A DNA stretch of 64,000 nt, from IMG/VR virus record IMGVR_UViG_3300036823_000156, positions 19,960 through 83,959 of that record. One strand, 5' to 3'. The notes under the pieces were generated by a model. That model was given only the letters and a program-made list of their open reading frames with translations, made no database searches and had not been told where the DNA came from. Below, one piece after another: positions 36,894 through 46,263 of this stretch. Every line of letters starts with the position of its first letter. The stretch's first letter is position 1. The DNA is from a virus. The translations under genes were made by a program, and so were the position numbers.

Positions 36894-37321
36894 TCCTCGT
36901 CCTCCGGCTGTGCCGCTGGGGCAGCACCCACAACCTCGTGCGACATGATGCGGATGCGGTGGCGGCTCGGCCCGGCAGCCTCAACGGCGTCTTGCTCCGT
37001 CGCGTAGACGGCGTACACTTCATCGTCCATTTCGCTGCTACCAGCGAGCCAGACGACCGCCGGGGCAGCGAGCAGACCGGCGGCGGCCAGAGTGCGGGCG
37101 ACTTCCTCGGCGTATTGGTGCGCGGCAGTGCGTGGCCCGTCGTAGGCGCCACCCCACATGGCGCGGAACACCGCTCGCGCTGCTCTTTCGGTGAGGTCGG
37201 TGGCGAGGTGTAACTCGGATCGGGTGAACAGCTCCTCGGCGTCGGCCGGCACGGTGTCGCGGGTGCCACCCCGGATGAGGTCCTGCGACGGGGACCACCA
37301 GAGGCGGATGCGGGTGGCCAT
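36890..37321 (-). CDS. Hypothetical protein
   Basis: Coupled ORF. Confidence 0.55.
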   Translation of the reverse strand: MATRIRLWWSPSQDLIRGGTRDTVPADAEELFTRSELHLATDLTERAARAVFRAMWGGAYDGPRTAAHQYAEEVARTLAAAGLLAAPAVVWLAGSSEMDDEVYAVYATEQDAVEAAGPSRHRIRIMSHEVVGAAPAAQPEDEE

Positions 37322-37523
37322 CAGAGGTTCACCGGCGCGTGCAGGTCCCCGCTGATCTGGGTGACGGTGCCGTGCACGCCGCCGACGACCTGGTTGCCGA
37401 TGTTCAGCAGCCCGGCCCGGTGCAGGTGTTCGGCCAGCTGTCGGCACTCGCGCTTGTTCAGCGGCTGCGACCACTCGTCGCTGGCCACCTCGATGTGCTG
37501 GGCCGCGATCTCCACGATGCCCA

Positions 37524-37937
37524 TCAGTCGTCCTCGCTCTCTTCCTCGTCCGGGAACTCGTTGTCCAGAATGAACTCGATCAGATCCGCGTCCCGGGTGC
37601 CGGTCGTGACGTAGAGGGTGGGGTCCAGCTGTCGGGCGACGGCCTCCAGATCGGTCCGCTTCATGGTGGTGAGTTCGCCCTCCCGGGCGTTCTCGGCGTC
37701 CGCGGTCAGCAGCTCGACGTCGGGTTCGTGGCCGCCCTCGGTCATGACCTCCAGCTCGCCGGTGTACGCGACCGCGCCGCAGCTCCCGCAGGTCAGCCGC
37801 TCCTGGGCGCCCATGTCGATCGGGATGGCGACGAGACCCTTGTGTTGGAACAGGGTCAGGCACGGACCGAAGAACACGTCCTCGCCGCAGTTCTCGCACT
37901 CCAGGAACAGATAGAAGCGCCCGTCGTTCTCGTCCAT
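37524..37937 (-). CDS. Hypothetical Zn-ribbon protein
   Basis: CENC...CGSC; acidic tail. Confidence 0.6.
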   Translation of the reverse strand: MDENDGRFYLFLECENCGEDVFFGPCLTLFQHKGLVAIPIDMGAQERLTCGSCGAVAYTGELEVMTEGGHEPDVELLTADAENAREGELTTMKRTDLEAVARQLDPTLYVTTGTRDADLIEFILDNEFPDEEESEDD

Positions 37938-38287
37938 CAGCCCAACACCTCCACGTCGGCTCGGTCCAGATCGTGCATCGTCTCGGTGGTGCAGTCCTCG
38001 GGATCGGCCGGGTAGGCGAACGACACGGTGCCGGCCCCTCGGTCGACCGCGGTGATCAGGTAGACGTGTCCGGCGAGCGGGAACCGGATGCGCTTACCGA
38101 CCTGGTACTTGCCGGCGGGCTCGGCCACCGGGGCCGGTGTGGCTTCACCCAGTGCCAGGGTGAGCACGCGGGTGGACTCCAGGCCGTCCTTGGCCCGGAT
38201 GTTGATCGGCTTGAGCAGTTGCTTGTCCTCGCAGGTGAGGTGGACCTCGCCCTTGGCGTTGCACCAGACCTCGAACATCAGCTTCAT
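37937..38287 (-). CDS. Hypothetical protein
   Basis: Coupled ORF MKLMFEVW... Confidence 0.55.
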   Translation of the reverse strand: MKLMFEVWCNAKGEVHLTCEDKQLLKPINIRAKDGLESTRVLTLALGEATPAPVAEPAGKYQVGKRIRFPLAGHVYLITAVDRGAGTVSFAYPADPEDCTTETMHDLDRADVEVLG

Positions 38288-38519
38288 GACGCGCTCCCCT
38301 CGGCCACCGGGGCCGTCGAGACCCACTGGCTGGCGCGGGCGTCCCATTCCAGCTGCTTGGCCTCGGCGAAGCTGGCGTAGCTGCCCCGGCAGGTCACGGT
38401 GGCGATCATGCTGCCGCGGAACGCGCGTTTGGCCTGGTGCTTGGCCAGCGTGCCGTTGGCCAGCAGGCGAATCGGTTGCACGCAGGCCAGGCACGTGCCG
38501 TAGTACGGTTGTGCGGTTG

Positions 38520-39299
38520 TCATTCGGCTCCTTCCCAGGTTGCCTCGTAGATGGTGGCCATCAGGCCGTTGGCCCAGTCGCGGTCGGGCACCGTCCGCAA
38601 CGGCGACTTCTCGATCGCTTCCTGGATGTCCAGCTCCCAGTCCTCGATCATCGACAGCACCTCGTCCAGCGTGTAGACGCCGGTGCGGATGTGGTGCAGC
38701 AGGGTGCGCTGGGGCTCGGGGATCGGCAGCGTGATGCGGCCGGTGGACAGCAGCTCGTGTCCCTGGAAACCCAGGCGCACCGCGTGGTAGGCGAACTTCG
38801 TGTCGAAGCCGTACTCGGCGATCAGCTCGGGACGGTTGGTGTGCTGCGACTTCAGGCCCAGCATGCGCAGGCGCTGGTTGTGCAGGTAACCCAGGAACTT
38901 GTGCGTGATCTGCTTGGACAGGATGTGTTCGATCGCGTGGTTCGAGCGCAGCACCCGACCCCAGTGCGTGATGGTCACGGTGTCCTGCTTCGGCGCGAAC
39001 AGCGGCATGATGACGGTGGGGTTGCCGTCCAGCGCCAGGCGCATCCACTTGCGCAGCCCGTAGACGTTCAGATCGAGATCGCCCGGTCCGGAACGCACGT
39101 GCTGCGGCTGGGTGCGGAACTCGTACTGGTCGAAGCGCTTCAGCCCGAGCACGTACTCCTTGGGTTCGACGCAGATGCCCATCTCGTCGCGGTCGTCGGT
39201 GTCCTCGACGGTCACCCCGTACAGGCCGGAACCGACCTGGGTCCGCAGGATCGTGAACCGGTTGGCGATGTCCTCGCGGTCCGGCGTCTGGTACTTCAT
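38520..39299 (-). CDS. Pol-beta superfamily nucleotidyltransferase
   Basis: VGSGLYG...DTDDRDEMGI, GNPT, YGFDTKFAYHAVRL. Confidence 0.8.
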   Translation of the reverse strand: MKYQTPDREDIANRFTILRTQVGSGLYGVTVEDTDDRDEMGICVEPKEYVLGLKRFDQYEFRTQPQHVRSGPGDLDLNVYGLRKWMRLALDGNPTVIMPLFAPKQDTVTITHWGRVLRSNHAIEHILSKQITHKFLGYLHNQRLRMLGLKSQHTNRPELIAEYGFDTKFAYHAVRLGFQGHELLSTGRITLPIPEPQRTLLHHIRTGVYTLDEVLSMIEDWELDIQEAIEKSPLRTVPDRDWANGLMATIYEATWEGAE

Positions 39300-39505
39300 C
39301 TCAGCCACCGTTGGCCCCCTTCCAGTTCTGCTCGATGGTGCGCGCGATCTCCACGACGTCGTCGTCGGCCGACACGCCCGCATCGGCGTGCTCCAGGCCG
39401 ATCCGGGCCAGCGCCAGCAAGGCCTCGCGCTGCCGGGAGGACAGCAGATCCCGAATCAACGAGCTGGCGCTGATCTTCTTGAACTCGGTCTGCTTCGGGA
39501 TGCCC

Positions 39506-39949
39506 TTAGTCGTCATCGGTCGTGTAGCCTCCCGCCAGATATGCGAGCAGGCGGCGGAACGCCACGCTGTTGCTGACGCCGGGGACCGTGCGCACCTCGG
39601 GCTCGCCCAGGTCGACCGCACCCTCGAACACCGTGATCGTGGACGTGCAGATCTCGGACTCCCAGTCGTCGCCGAGGTGCACCTTCAGCACCAGGCTGGG
39701 CGCGACCTCCACGAGTCGGCGCAAGGTGTCGACCACGCTGTCGTCGCTGTAGTCGCGTTCGGACAGGTTGCCGTCGGCGTGGATCTCCTCGGCGACCCAC
39801 ATGCCCAGACTGCCCAGGCCCGGCCCCGACACTGGGTTGTACGCCAAGGGGTGCCAGCGCTCGTAGTCGACCGACACGAAGTCCTCGGCCGCCGCGATAT
39901 CCCGGGACGCCAGCGTGCCGCGCAGCTGTGCGTGTCGCCAGTTACCCAT
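39506..39949 (-). CDS. Hypothetical protein
   Basis: ORF in operon. Confidence 0.55.
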   Translation of the reverse strand: MGNWRHAQLRGTLASRDIAAAEDFVSVDYERWHPLAYNPVSGPGLGSLGMWVAEEIHADGNLSERDYSDDSVVDTLRRLVEVAPSLVLKVHLGDDWESEICTSTITVFEGAVDLGEPEVRTVPGVSNSVAFRRLLAYLAGGYTTDDD

Positions 39950-40190
39950 TGCTCTCACGCACCTTCCTGCCCGCGCGGATCGCACCGCGGACGGTCATGT
40001 AGCCGATACCGACACCGATGATGTGGACCTTGGGGTAGTCCTGCCAGTTGCCGGAGTACAGCGTGTAGCGAAAGAAGCGCGTCATGTTGTTGCGGGTCAC
40101 GAACGCGGTGCCGGTCTCGTTGGACCACATCACGGACTCGATGTAGTTCCCCCGGAGCGTGGCAAAGGCCCGTATCTTGGTTCTGCGCAA
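39942..40190 (-). CDS. Hypothetical protein
   Basis: AAGGAG RBS, downstream of the conserved motif. Confidence 0.55.
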   Translation of the reverse strand: MRRTKIRAFATLRGNYIESVMWSNETGTAFVTRNNMTRFFRYTLYSGNWQDYPKVHIIGVGIGYMTVRGAIRAGRKVRESNG

Positions 40191-40230
40191 AGACTCCAGC
40201 CTCCTTGGCGGGTGAGTGGGTGGTAGAAGG

Positions 40231-40243
40231 AATGTACACTAAC
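40231..40243 (-). promoter_or_regulatory. Conserved GTTAGTGTACATT motif
   Basis: Exact; TTGCAA lies 18 bp upstream of TACATT. Confidence 0.7.
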
Positions 40244-40505
40244 TGGCGAGGTTCTTGCAACAGGTACCGATCCAGCCGACGTCGGACAGGCGATGGATCA
40301 GGGCGTCCTGCACGAGGGGTTCCTCGCAGGCCGCGCAGATACCGGGGAAGCTCGCCGGCACCCAGCCGACCATCTCCTCAGCGGCGTAGCGCTCCCGGCG
40401 CTGCGACATCTCGTACTCGACCTGCTCCTCGGGCGTGCGCGTGTTCCCCTTGCAGTGCGCGCACTGCGACACCAGCAGGTCGGTGCGTTCGCAACGCTCA
40501 TCCAC
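40239..40505 (-). CDS. Hypothetical Cys-rich protein
   Basis: C..C motifs; A.FPG.C..C pattern. Confidence 0.6.
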   Translation of the reverse strand: MDERCERTDLLVSQCAHCKGNTRTPEEQVEYEMSQRRERYAAEEMVGWVPASFPGICAACEEPLVQDALIHRLSDVGWIGTCCKNLAS

Positions 40506-40544
40506 CGGACGCCACCTCCTCGGCCAGCTCGGCGATCACGGCGT

Positions 40545-41105
40545 TCACCGCAGGGCCGCGAGCTTCGGGTAGCGGGCGTCGGCCTCGGCGGTGGAAATGA
40601 CCGTGAGGTCGCGCAGCAGGGCGGTGTGCACCGAGGAGCGGCGCAGGGCCTTCGCGTGGCGCTCGACCCGGTCGCGCAGCTCGTTGAACTCGTTCATGCC
40701 GGCGAAGTGCTTCGAGTTGGCCTCGGTCAGCCAGTCGCGGAACTTGGTCTGGCCGTGGTGGCGATGGTGGTGGGTCGCGGACATCGGCACGATCACCGGG
40801 CCCGAGTCGGTGAACCGGATGCGCACGGTGGGGCTCTCGTCGGCCGCCGGCTCGGGCGCCACGAACAGGGCGTCGGCGGTCAGCATGGTGGGCAGCTGGA
40901 TGCGCACGACCGCGGTGGCCGCCGCGTCCAGGGCGGCGGTGACCCGGGTGCCGGCGACCGCGTGCGCGGCAGCTGCCCACTCGCGGGCGGTCGCCCGCAG
41001 TCTGGGACCGGCCTCGGGGTTCATGCCGAAGTAGTAGGCCCAGCAGATCCCCACGAAACCGGCCAGCAGTGCGGGGACCTCAAAGGACTGGAAGAAGAGC
41101 GCCAT
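40545..41105 (-). CDS. Membrane-anchored hypothetical protein
   Basis: N-terminal TM; AAGGGA RBS. Confidence 0.55.
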   Translation of the reverse strand: MALFFQSFEVPALLAGFVGICWAYYFGMNPEAGPRLRATAREWAAAAHAVAGTRVTAALDAAATAVVRIQLPTMLTADALFVAPEPAADESPTVRIRFTDSGPVIVPMSATHHHRHHGQTKFRDWLTEANSKHFAGMNEFNELRDRVERHAKALRRSSVHTALLRDLTVISTAEADARYPKLAALR

Positions 41106-41131
41106 GAGACTTTCCCTTCTGTGTCAGGAAA

Positions 41132-41162
41132 GCCCCGGCCCCGCACTGTGCGGGGCCGGGGC
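41132..41162 (-). terminator. Intrinsic terminator after the Ro60 gene
   Basis: gccccggccccgca / tgcggggccggggc hairpin followed by TTT on the - strand. Confidence 0.7.
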
Positions 41163-41175
41163 GTGAGCTGGTACG

Positions 41176-42813
41176 TCAGGCGGAATAGAACGGCCAGTTG
41201 GCGTTCTGCCCGCGCTCCAGCAGTTCGATCTGTCGGAACGCGGAGTCGGTCAGACCGCTCATCACGTGCCGGTTGGCCGCGCCCGACGGGGCGTGCCCGC
41301 GCCGGTATCCGGCCAGATTGTAGGTGTAGAGCGGGGTGCTGTCCGGCAGGGCCGAGCCGGGATCTTTGCCCCAGTAGTCGCTGGCCTGCTCGTCGGTCAG
41401 GATGACCACGCGGTCGTGCTTGTCGAAGTTCCGGGCCACCGCCTGGGTGGTTTCCGTGCCGCCCGCCAGGAAGTAGCCCGCACTCTTCCACCGGGCGATG
41501 CCACTGAGCAGCGACTCTTCCTTGCGGAACGGGAACTTCGTCGAGGCGTTGGAGAACGACACGACGGTCGGCTGATCGCACCGATGGGCCAGGGCCAGGC
41601 CGAACAGCACCGCCGCGTCCCAGCGGGCCAGCGTGCCGTCCTTGCTGAACGTCGCGTCCATCGACGCGGACGTGTCCACCAGGATCAGTGTGCGACCCTC
41701 CAGCGTCGTGATGTTGTCCAGCGAGTTCTGCAGAGCGCGTTCCAGCGCGCCCTGCCACCGGCCACCGCTGCCGACGGCGCGGGCACTGGAGAGCAGCTGC
41801 ATCGGCCACTGGCGGGCGGCCACGATCTCGGCCGGGTCGGACAGCCGCGCCACGACGTGCTTGACCGAGGCGGGAGAGATGCCGGCCTGGTCGAAGTTGC
41901 GCAGGTTCATCCGCAACGCCTGGAACCCCATCGACGGGATCAGCGCGTCCCACACCGGGCCGGTCATCTCGCCCTGCAGCCAGCCCGACACGGTCTCCCA
42001 CGTCATGCCGGCCGACGCGATCTTGTTGGCCGCCTTGACCGGGTCCTTGGTGAACAGCCTGCGCCGCTTGTCCAGGTCCCACTGCTGCATCTTCCGGTTG
42101 GCCGTGATCATCTTCAACTCGGCCGGGATCACGGCGTCCTTGTGCTTGTAGTGGCGGTCCAGGATGTAGGAGAACAACGCGGACTGCTCGGCGTCACGCG
42201 GTCGCGGCCGGCACAACGCGATCACCCGGGCGAAGTCGAACTCCCGTTCGCCGGTGTCGTACTTGAGGAACGCGCGCTGCGTGTACATCCGGGTGGCCGC
42301 CGAGGCCGCGCCCCGACGCCAGGAGATCGGCAGGGTGTCCTTGCCCGGGTGCGTGCTGCGCCAGTAGGCCAGGGCCTCGCCGGGCTCGTCCGGGCGCTGC
42401 AGGGCCGCGTCGAGGAACAGGCGGCCGGAGAACTCCTCGTGCCCTTCGTAGCGCTTGAGGCCGTCCAGCGCGTGCGCGGCGGCCACCATCGGGGCGGTGC
42501 GCAGGAATCCCTCGGTCCGCAGCCACTTGATCCACGCCATGGTCCACTGTGGATTCAGCGCGGCGACGTTGCGGGTGAGGGTGGCGAAGCGCGAGTCGCG
42601 GTCTTTGGCGGTCTCGTAGAAGGTGTCCTGCCCGACCATGTTCTGGACCGAGAGCAGGAACAGCTCGGACTGCAGGCCGCGGGCGTAGCCGGGGCCGCCC
42701 TCCTCGGTGCGTCCGGTCGGCGTCGACTCGGAGAGGATCGGGGACATGCCCGGCGCGGACGGCGGCGCCGTCCGCGCCGTGCGGGCGGAGGCCGGTGGAT
42801 TGAAACGAGCCAT
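41176..42813 (-). CDS. rsr: Ro60/Rsr-like TROVE-domain RNA-binding protein with vWA domain
   Basis: T.EGG.GY...ELF, TFYE, RPDE, TWE, ALRMNLRN, ILVDTSASM (MIDAS), GGT, LTDEQ. Confidence 0.9.
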   Translation of the reverse strand: MARFNPPASARTARTAPPSAPGMSPILSESTPTGRTEEGGPGYARGLQSELFLLSVQNMVGQDTFYETAKDRDSRFATLTRNVAALNPQWTMAWIKWLRTEGFLRTAPMVAAAHALDGLKRYEGHEEFSGRLFLDAALQRPDEPGEALAYWRSTHPGKDTLPISWRRGAASAATRMYTQRAFLKYDTGEREFDFARVIALCRPRPRDAEQSALFSYILDRHYKHKDAVIPAELKMITANRKMQQWDLDKRRRLFTKDPVKAANKIASAGMTWETVSGWLQGEMTGPVWDALIPSMGFQALRMNLRNFDQAGISPASVKHVVARLSDPAEIVAARQWPMQLLSSARAVGSGGRWQGALERALQNSLDNITTLEGRTLILVDTSASMDATFSKDGTLARWDAAVLFGLALAHRCDQPTVVSFSNASTKFPFRKEESLLSGIARWKSAGYFLAGGTETTQAVARNFDKHDRVVILTDEQASDYWGKDPGSALPDSTPLYTYNLAGYRRGHAPSGAANRHVMSGLTDSAFRQIELLERGQNANWPFYSA

Positions 42814-42856
42814 GAGTGCTCAACTCCTTGTCAGAGAAGGAGGAGCGGCAAGCCAA

Positions 42857-42985
42857 GAGTCCGAGAAAAGGTGGTCGAAGGTATTGTCGCGCTCTACCGC
42901 TGAGCTACCCACCGAAGTGGGGCGGGATTCGAACCCGCGACCTCGTCCTTACAGGGGAAGTAACCCTCAACCTGACTGCGGACTC
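42857..42985 (-). ncRNA. yrlA: YrlA-type Y RNA (permuted tRNA-like domain)
   Basis: Terminal stem GAGTCCG/CGGACTC; T arm GCGGG-TTCGAAT-CCCGC, then CCCAC-TTCG-GTGGG, then D arm TAGCTCAGCGGTAGAGC; directly upstream of Ro60. Confidence 0.85.
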
Positions 42986-42996
42986 ATAAGCTTGAC

Positions 42997-43066
42997 GCTC
43001 CCGAGGAAAAGGTGGACCAGGCGTAATTTCGCCGAATGAAGTAGCCCGGTCTGAGACAGCGGGAGC
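42997..43066 (-). ncRNA. Second, minimal Y RNA-like element lacking the tRNA domain
   Basis: GCTCCCG...GCTACTTC...CCACCTTTTCCTCGGGAGC parallels the YrlA stem (GTTACTTC...CCACCTTTTCTCGG). Confidence 0.6.
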
Positions 43067-43173
43067 TGTCGGGAAAAGCTAGCCCGGCGGTCGGCTTGGC
43101 GTGTGGTCCCCGCCGAACCGCCGGTGGTGCAACCGTACCGGACGCTCCAGCGGAGCGTCAAGCGGGTTTCTGA

Positions 43174-43602
43174 CTACGCTGCCGGCGGCTGGTCGGTCGC
43201 CGGGGGCACGAGGGCGGTGACGCCGTCGACCGCGGTCGAGAGGTCGGCGGTCGCGGCCTGGAGGCCGGTCACGTCGACGCCCTGAGCCTGGAGATTCGCG
43301 ATCTCCGTCTGCAGTGCGCTGGTGTCGTCGGTGACCTTGGTCTTCAGGTCGGTGACCGCGGTGGTCAGGGCGTCGATGTCGGCCTGCGAAGCGGCCATCA
43401 GGTCCTCCAAGTGATCGAATCGAATGTCGAGGTCGGACTCGGAGCCTACCGCACCGCCAGCGGCGAGGAACTGTGTGAACTGGGCGGCCGTGGCCAGGAT
43501 GGCCTGGGTCAGTCCGCCGACGCGGGGGCGTCGGCCGTGCCAGGCGGCGACCGCCTGGTCGAGAGCGATCTGCCGGTTGTTCAAGCTGTGTGGAGTGGTC
43601 AT
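43174..43602 (-). CDS. Hypothetical coiled-coil protein
   Basis: ORF with heptad-like C-terminus (internal start at MAASQ possible). Confidence 0.55.
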   Translation of the reverse strand: MTTPHSLNNRQIALDQAVAAWHGRRPRVGGLTQAILATAAQFTQFLAAGGAVGSESDLDIRFDHLEDLMAASQADIDALTTAVTDLKTKVTDDTSALQTEIANLQAQGVDVTGLQAATADLSTAVDGVTALVPPATDQPPAA

Positions 43603-44257
43603 GCCGGCAGCCTAGTGAGGCTGGACCTGCTGGGACAAACAATGCCCGACGTGGTGGCGGGCCTGGCAGGACAGGGTGCCGTCGCACTGCACTTCCCGGC
43701 GCGGCGGTGGCGCGTTCTTCTCCTTGGCCACGGTCATCTCTCCCTCGGTGGCTTGGGCTCCTCGGGCTTACTGGGCTTGCCCGGCGGTCCCGGCTTCGTG
43801 TCGCGCCCCGGCTTCGGGGATCGCGGTTTCGGCGCGGGCTGCGGATTCGGTTTGGGCATCCTGGCGTCGATCACTTCCTTTCGTGACAAGGGGAGGAGGG
43901 GCCGACCCGGACCGCCGCTACGGTTCGGTCCGGGTCGGCGTGGGGTGGCCTGCCTTGCACAGGCCGCGAAAGACGCGGGCACGGCATGAAACCCGCTCTC
44001 CAGGTCCGGATCGCAGCGGGCCGCTTGGTCTGTGACAACGGCGCGGTCCCGCTGGTTCCTGGTCCTGAGCACCCCATCGGGAGGTGCCTAGCGCCAACCG
44101 AAGTCGTCGCCGGTGAAGCTGAAATCGCGATCGGTCATGGTTCTCACCTCTTCTCGGACTATGGCTCCCGCACGTCTGTGTGACGTGCGGGACCATACGT
44201 CAGGGAATCGTTTGCACCACGACGTCCTTGGCCGAGCCAGTATGGCAGGCTCTGCTA

Positions 44258-44355
44258 GAGCTTGTCCAGTATCGCTTAGTGCTGCGAGCGGTGCGGACCC
44301 TCTAGGAGCTTGTCCAGTATCGCTTCGTGCTGCGAGCGGTGCAGACCCTCCAGGA
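44258..44355. repeat. 48-bp tandem duplication
   Basis: gagcttgtccagtatcgctt.gtgctgcgagcggtgc.gaccctc.ag at 44258 and 44306. Confidence 0.85.
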
Positions 44356-44524
44356 TCTCCTGCAGCGGCGCGGCCAGAGCCTGCGCGCCGGTGAAGATCG
44401 ACGGGTCCCAGCCCGGCCGCTGGGTGTCGAACAACAGGTCCTCGACCCAGGTGATGGCGTCCAGCACCTTGTCCTCGGCCTCGTCCAGTTCTGGCAGCAA
44501 GCTGCCGTTAGCCGACATGGGCAC
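44276..44524 (-). CDS. Hypothetical protein
   Basis: AAGGAGG RBS; C-terminus formed by the duplication. Confidence 0.55.
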   Translation of the reverse strand: MPMSANGSLLPELDEAEDKVLDAITWVEDLLFDTQRPGWDPSIFTGAQALAAPLQEILEGLHRSQHEAILDKLLEGPHRSQH

Positions 44525-45035
44525 GCACCTCCTTGATCAACTCCTGCCACGTCAACGTGGTGTTGCGGTGATGGCCCAACGCGGTGGCCAGCTCGCCGTG
44601 CAGATCAAGCACCGCCTCGGCCGCGCTGTCCTGCTGTTGGAGGAGGTGTACCAGCTCCAGCATGTTGGCCCAGCTGCCGGTGGCCGGGTCGACCTCCAGC
44701 GCCTTGGCCAGTTCGGCCTCGTGCGACTCGGGGGCGGGCGGGACCAGGCGGTGGTAGACGGGCCACTGCTGCAGGGTCGCGGCGGCCAGCACCACGGCAC
44801 CGGGGCCGAAGTTGGTACCCAGCTGCTGCAGGCCCTGCAGCAGTGGGGCGGGGAACTGGTTCTGGTAGCGCTGCAGCATGGCCTGGGCGAACTCCTGCAC
44901 GGTGTCCGGGACGTCCTCGGCATCGGCGTCCTGCCATTCGCCGAGGAAGTAGCGTGCCCACTCGTGCGTCCAGGGCGGCAGGGTGGTCTCGACGACCTGC
45001 AGGGCTTCCTTGAGCGGATTCTTCTTCGGTGGCAT
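44508..45035 (-). CDS. Hypothetical protein
   Basis: GGAG RBS, typical codon usage. Confidence 0.6.
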   Translation of the reverse strand: MPPKKNPLKEALQVVETTLPPWTHEWARYFLGEWQDADAEDVPDTVQEFAQAMLQRYQNQFPAPLLQGLQQLGTNFGPGAVVLAAATLQQWPVYHRLVPPAPESHEAELAKALEVDPATGSWANMLELVHLLQQQDSAAEAVLDLHGELATALGHHRNTTLTWQELIKEVRAHVG

Positions 45036-45364
45036 TCGTTCTCCAGTTGTGAGTGGGGACGAAAGAGTGCGACGACGGCTGGCTGGATCAACCACTTCCG
45101 GGCGCCTGCGAGAGATCGCGTCGCACCGTCCGTCGACCTTGAAACCTTCCTGGCGGGTTGGCAGGTCGACACCGTCGTCACACTCAGCGCCGGAGAGAGC
45201 GATGAAACTCTCTCCGGCTCACTCCTCGGGGAGCAGCGACAATCAGGGGGCTTCTTGTCGTTTGGGGGTTTCCCGAGGAAGTCTGGGTCTATCCGGGGTG
45301 TGCCGGGCGGGGTCTCACCTCCCCGCCCGGCCTATCACCCACCCACACTCAGAGTGTGGCCTGG

Positions 45365-46259
45365 ACCCGCTCGATCGACGAGGCAACATGGGGACACACA
45401 GTCCACTGGCCGGTCGACGGGAAGTTGTCGCGAGTTTAGCAGTGCCGCGGCCGGTCCGGCATAAGGTCGTGGGTGCCACTGGGCCCCTGACCGGACCGGC
45501 CTCGGCACGTCAGGCGTGCAGAGCGGCCACGTGGTCGATCGCGGCGTGCGCGGCGGTGATGTACTCCAGGGTCGGATCCTTGCGGATCTCCTGACCCGGC
45601 ACGTACTCGTCCCACACCGCCTTCTGCAGAGCGTAGGGCACGAGCTTCCAGTGCCGGAAGCACATCAGCAGTCGAGGTGCCACTTCTTTGGCGCACCCTC
45701 GGGCGTGGCACTTGTGCCCCATGCGCTCTCCTGTTCTTGTCGCCAACCGGGCGACCGAATGTGGGTCGCGTGAACTTATGGCCCGGCTGGCCGCCATGGG
45801 ATGAGTGTCGCGTGCGAATGAGCCAGCCGGGGGTCGTTAGCCATTGGGATTCGGGACACAGTGGGCCGCCCGGCTGGCGCCATCCGTTGAGGTGGGGTGC
45901 CTTTTTGGCCAAACGGGCGGACGTTAGACGGGCAGCTCCCTAATCCAGACTACTCAGGTCCGGCCAATCGGGACTTCGCACGAGTGACTAGCTCGCACTC
46001 GGTGTTAGTCAGACACACTGCCCTGCTTGGGATCCGACCGCTCGGCTGGCGACTCAAGATGGAGCCCGGAACGTGATGGCCAGTCGAGAGGTCGGATGGC
46101 CAGCCGGGCGGTCGGGGAGTGTTGGGGCCCGCGGAGAAGTGGACCGCCCGGCTGGCGCGAGTCAATGGTGTCGCGTGTCAGCGTTGGCCAACCGGGCGGG
46201 GCCTCCGCCCGGCTGGTACGTCCCTGCTTGGAGAACGCGATCAAGTGACCAGCCGGGCG
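45365..46259 (-). ncRNA. Orphan TIGR-like stem-loop array (about 7 units, interrupted by a small ORF)
   Basis: Same CCGCCCGGCTGG/CCAGCCGGGCGG stems and paired TGG boxes as the 31.3-33.2 kb arrays. Confidence 0.7.
45510..45722 (-). CDS. Small Zn-binding hypothetical protein
   Basis: H.C.A.GC...LMC..HW motif; AGGAG RBS. Confidence 0.6.
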   Translation of the reverse strand: MGHKCHARGCAKEVAPRLLMCFRHWKLVPYALQKAVWDEYVPGQEIRKDPTLEYITAAHAAIDHVAALHA

Positions 46260-46263
46260 AATG

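Noticed and set aside
42890-42945. Canonical tRNA gene
   Set aside because: The T arm precedes the D arm and there is no anticodon arm; this fits a YrlA Y RNA
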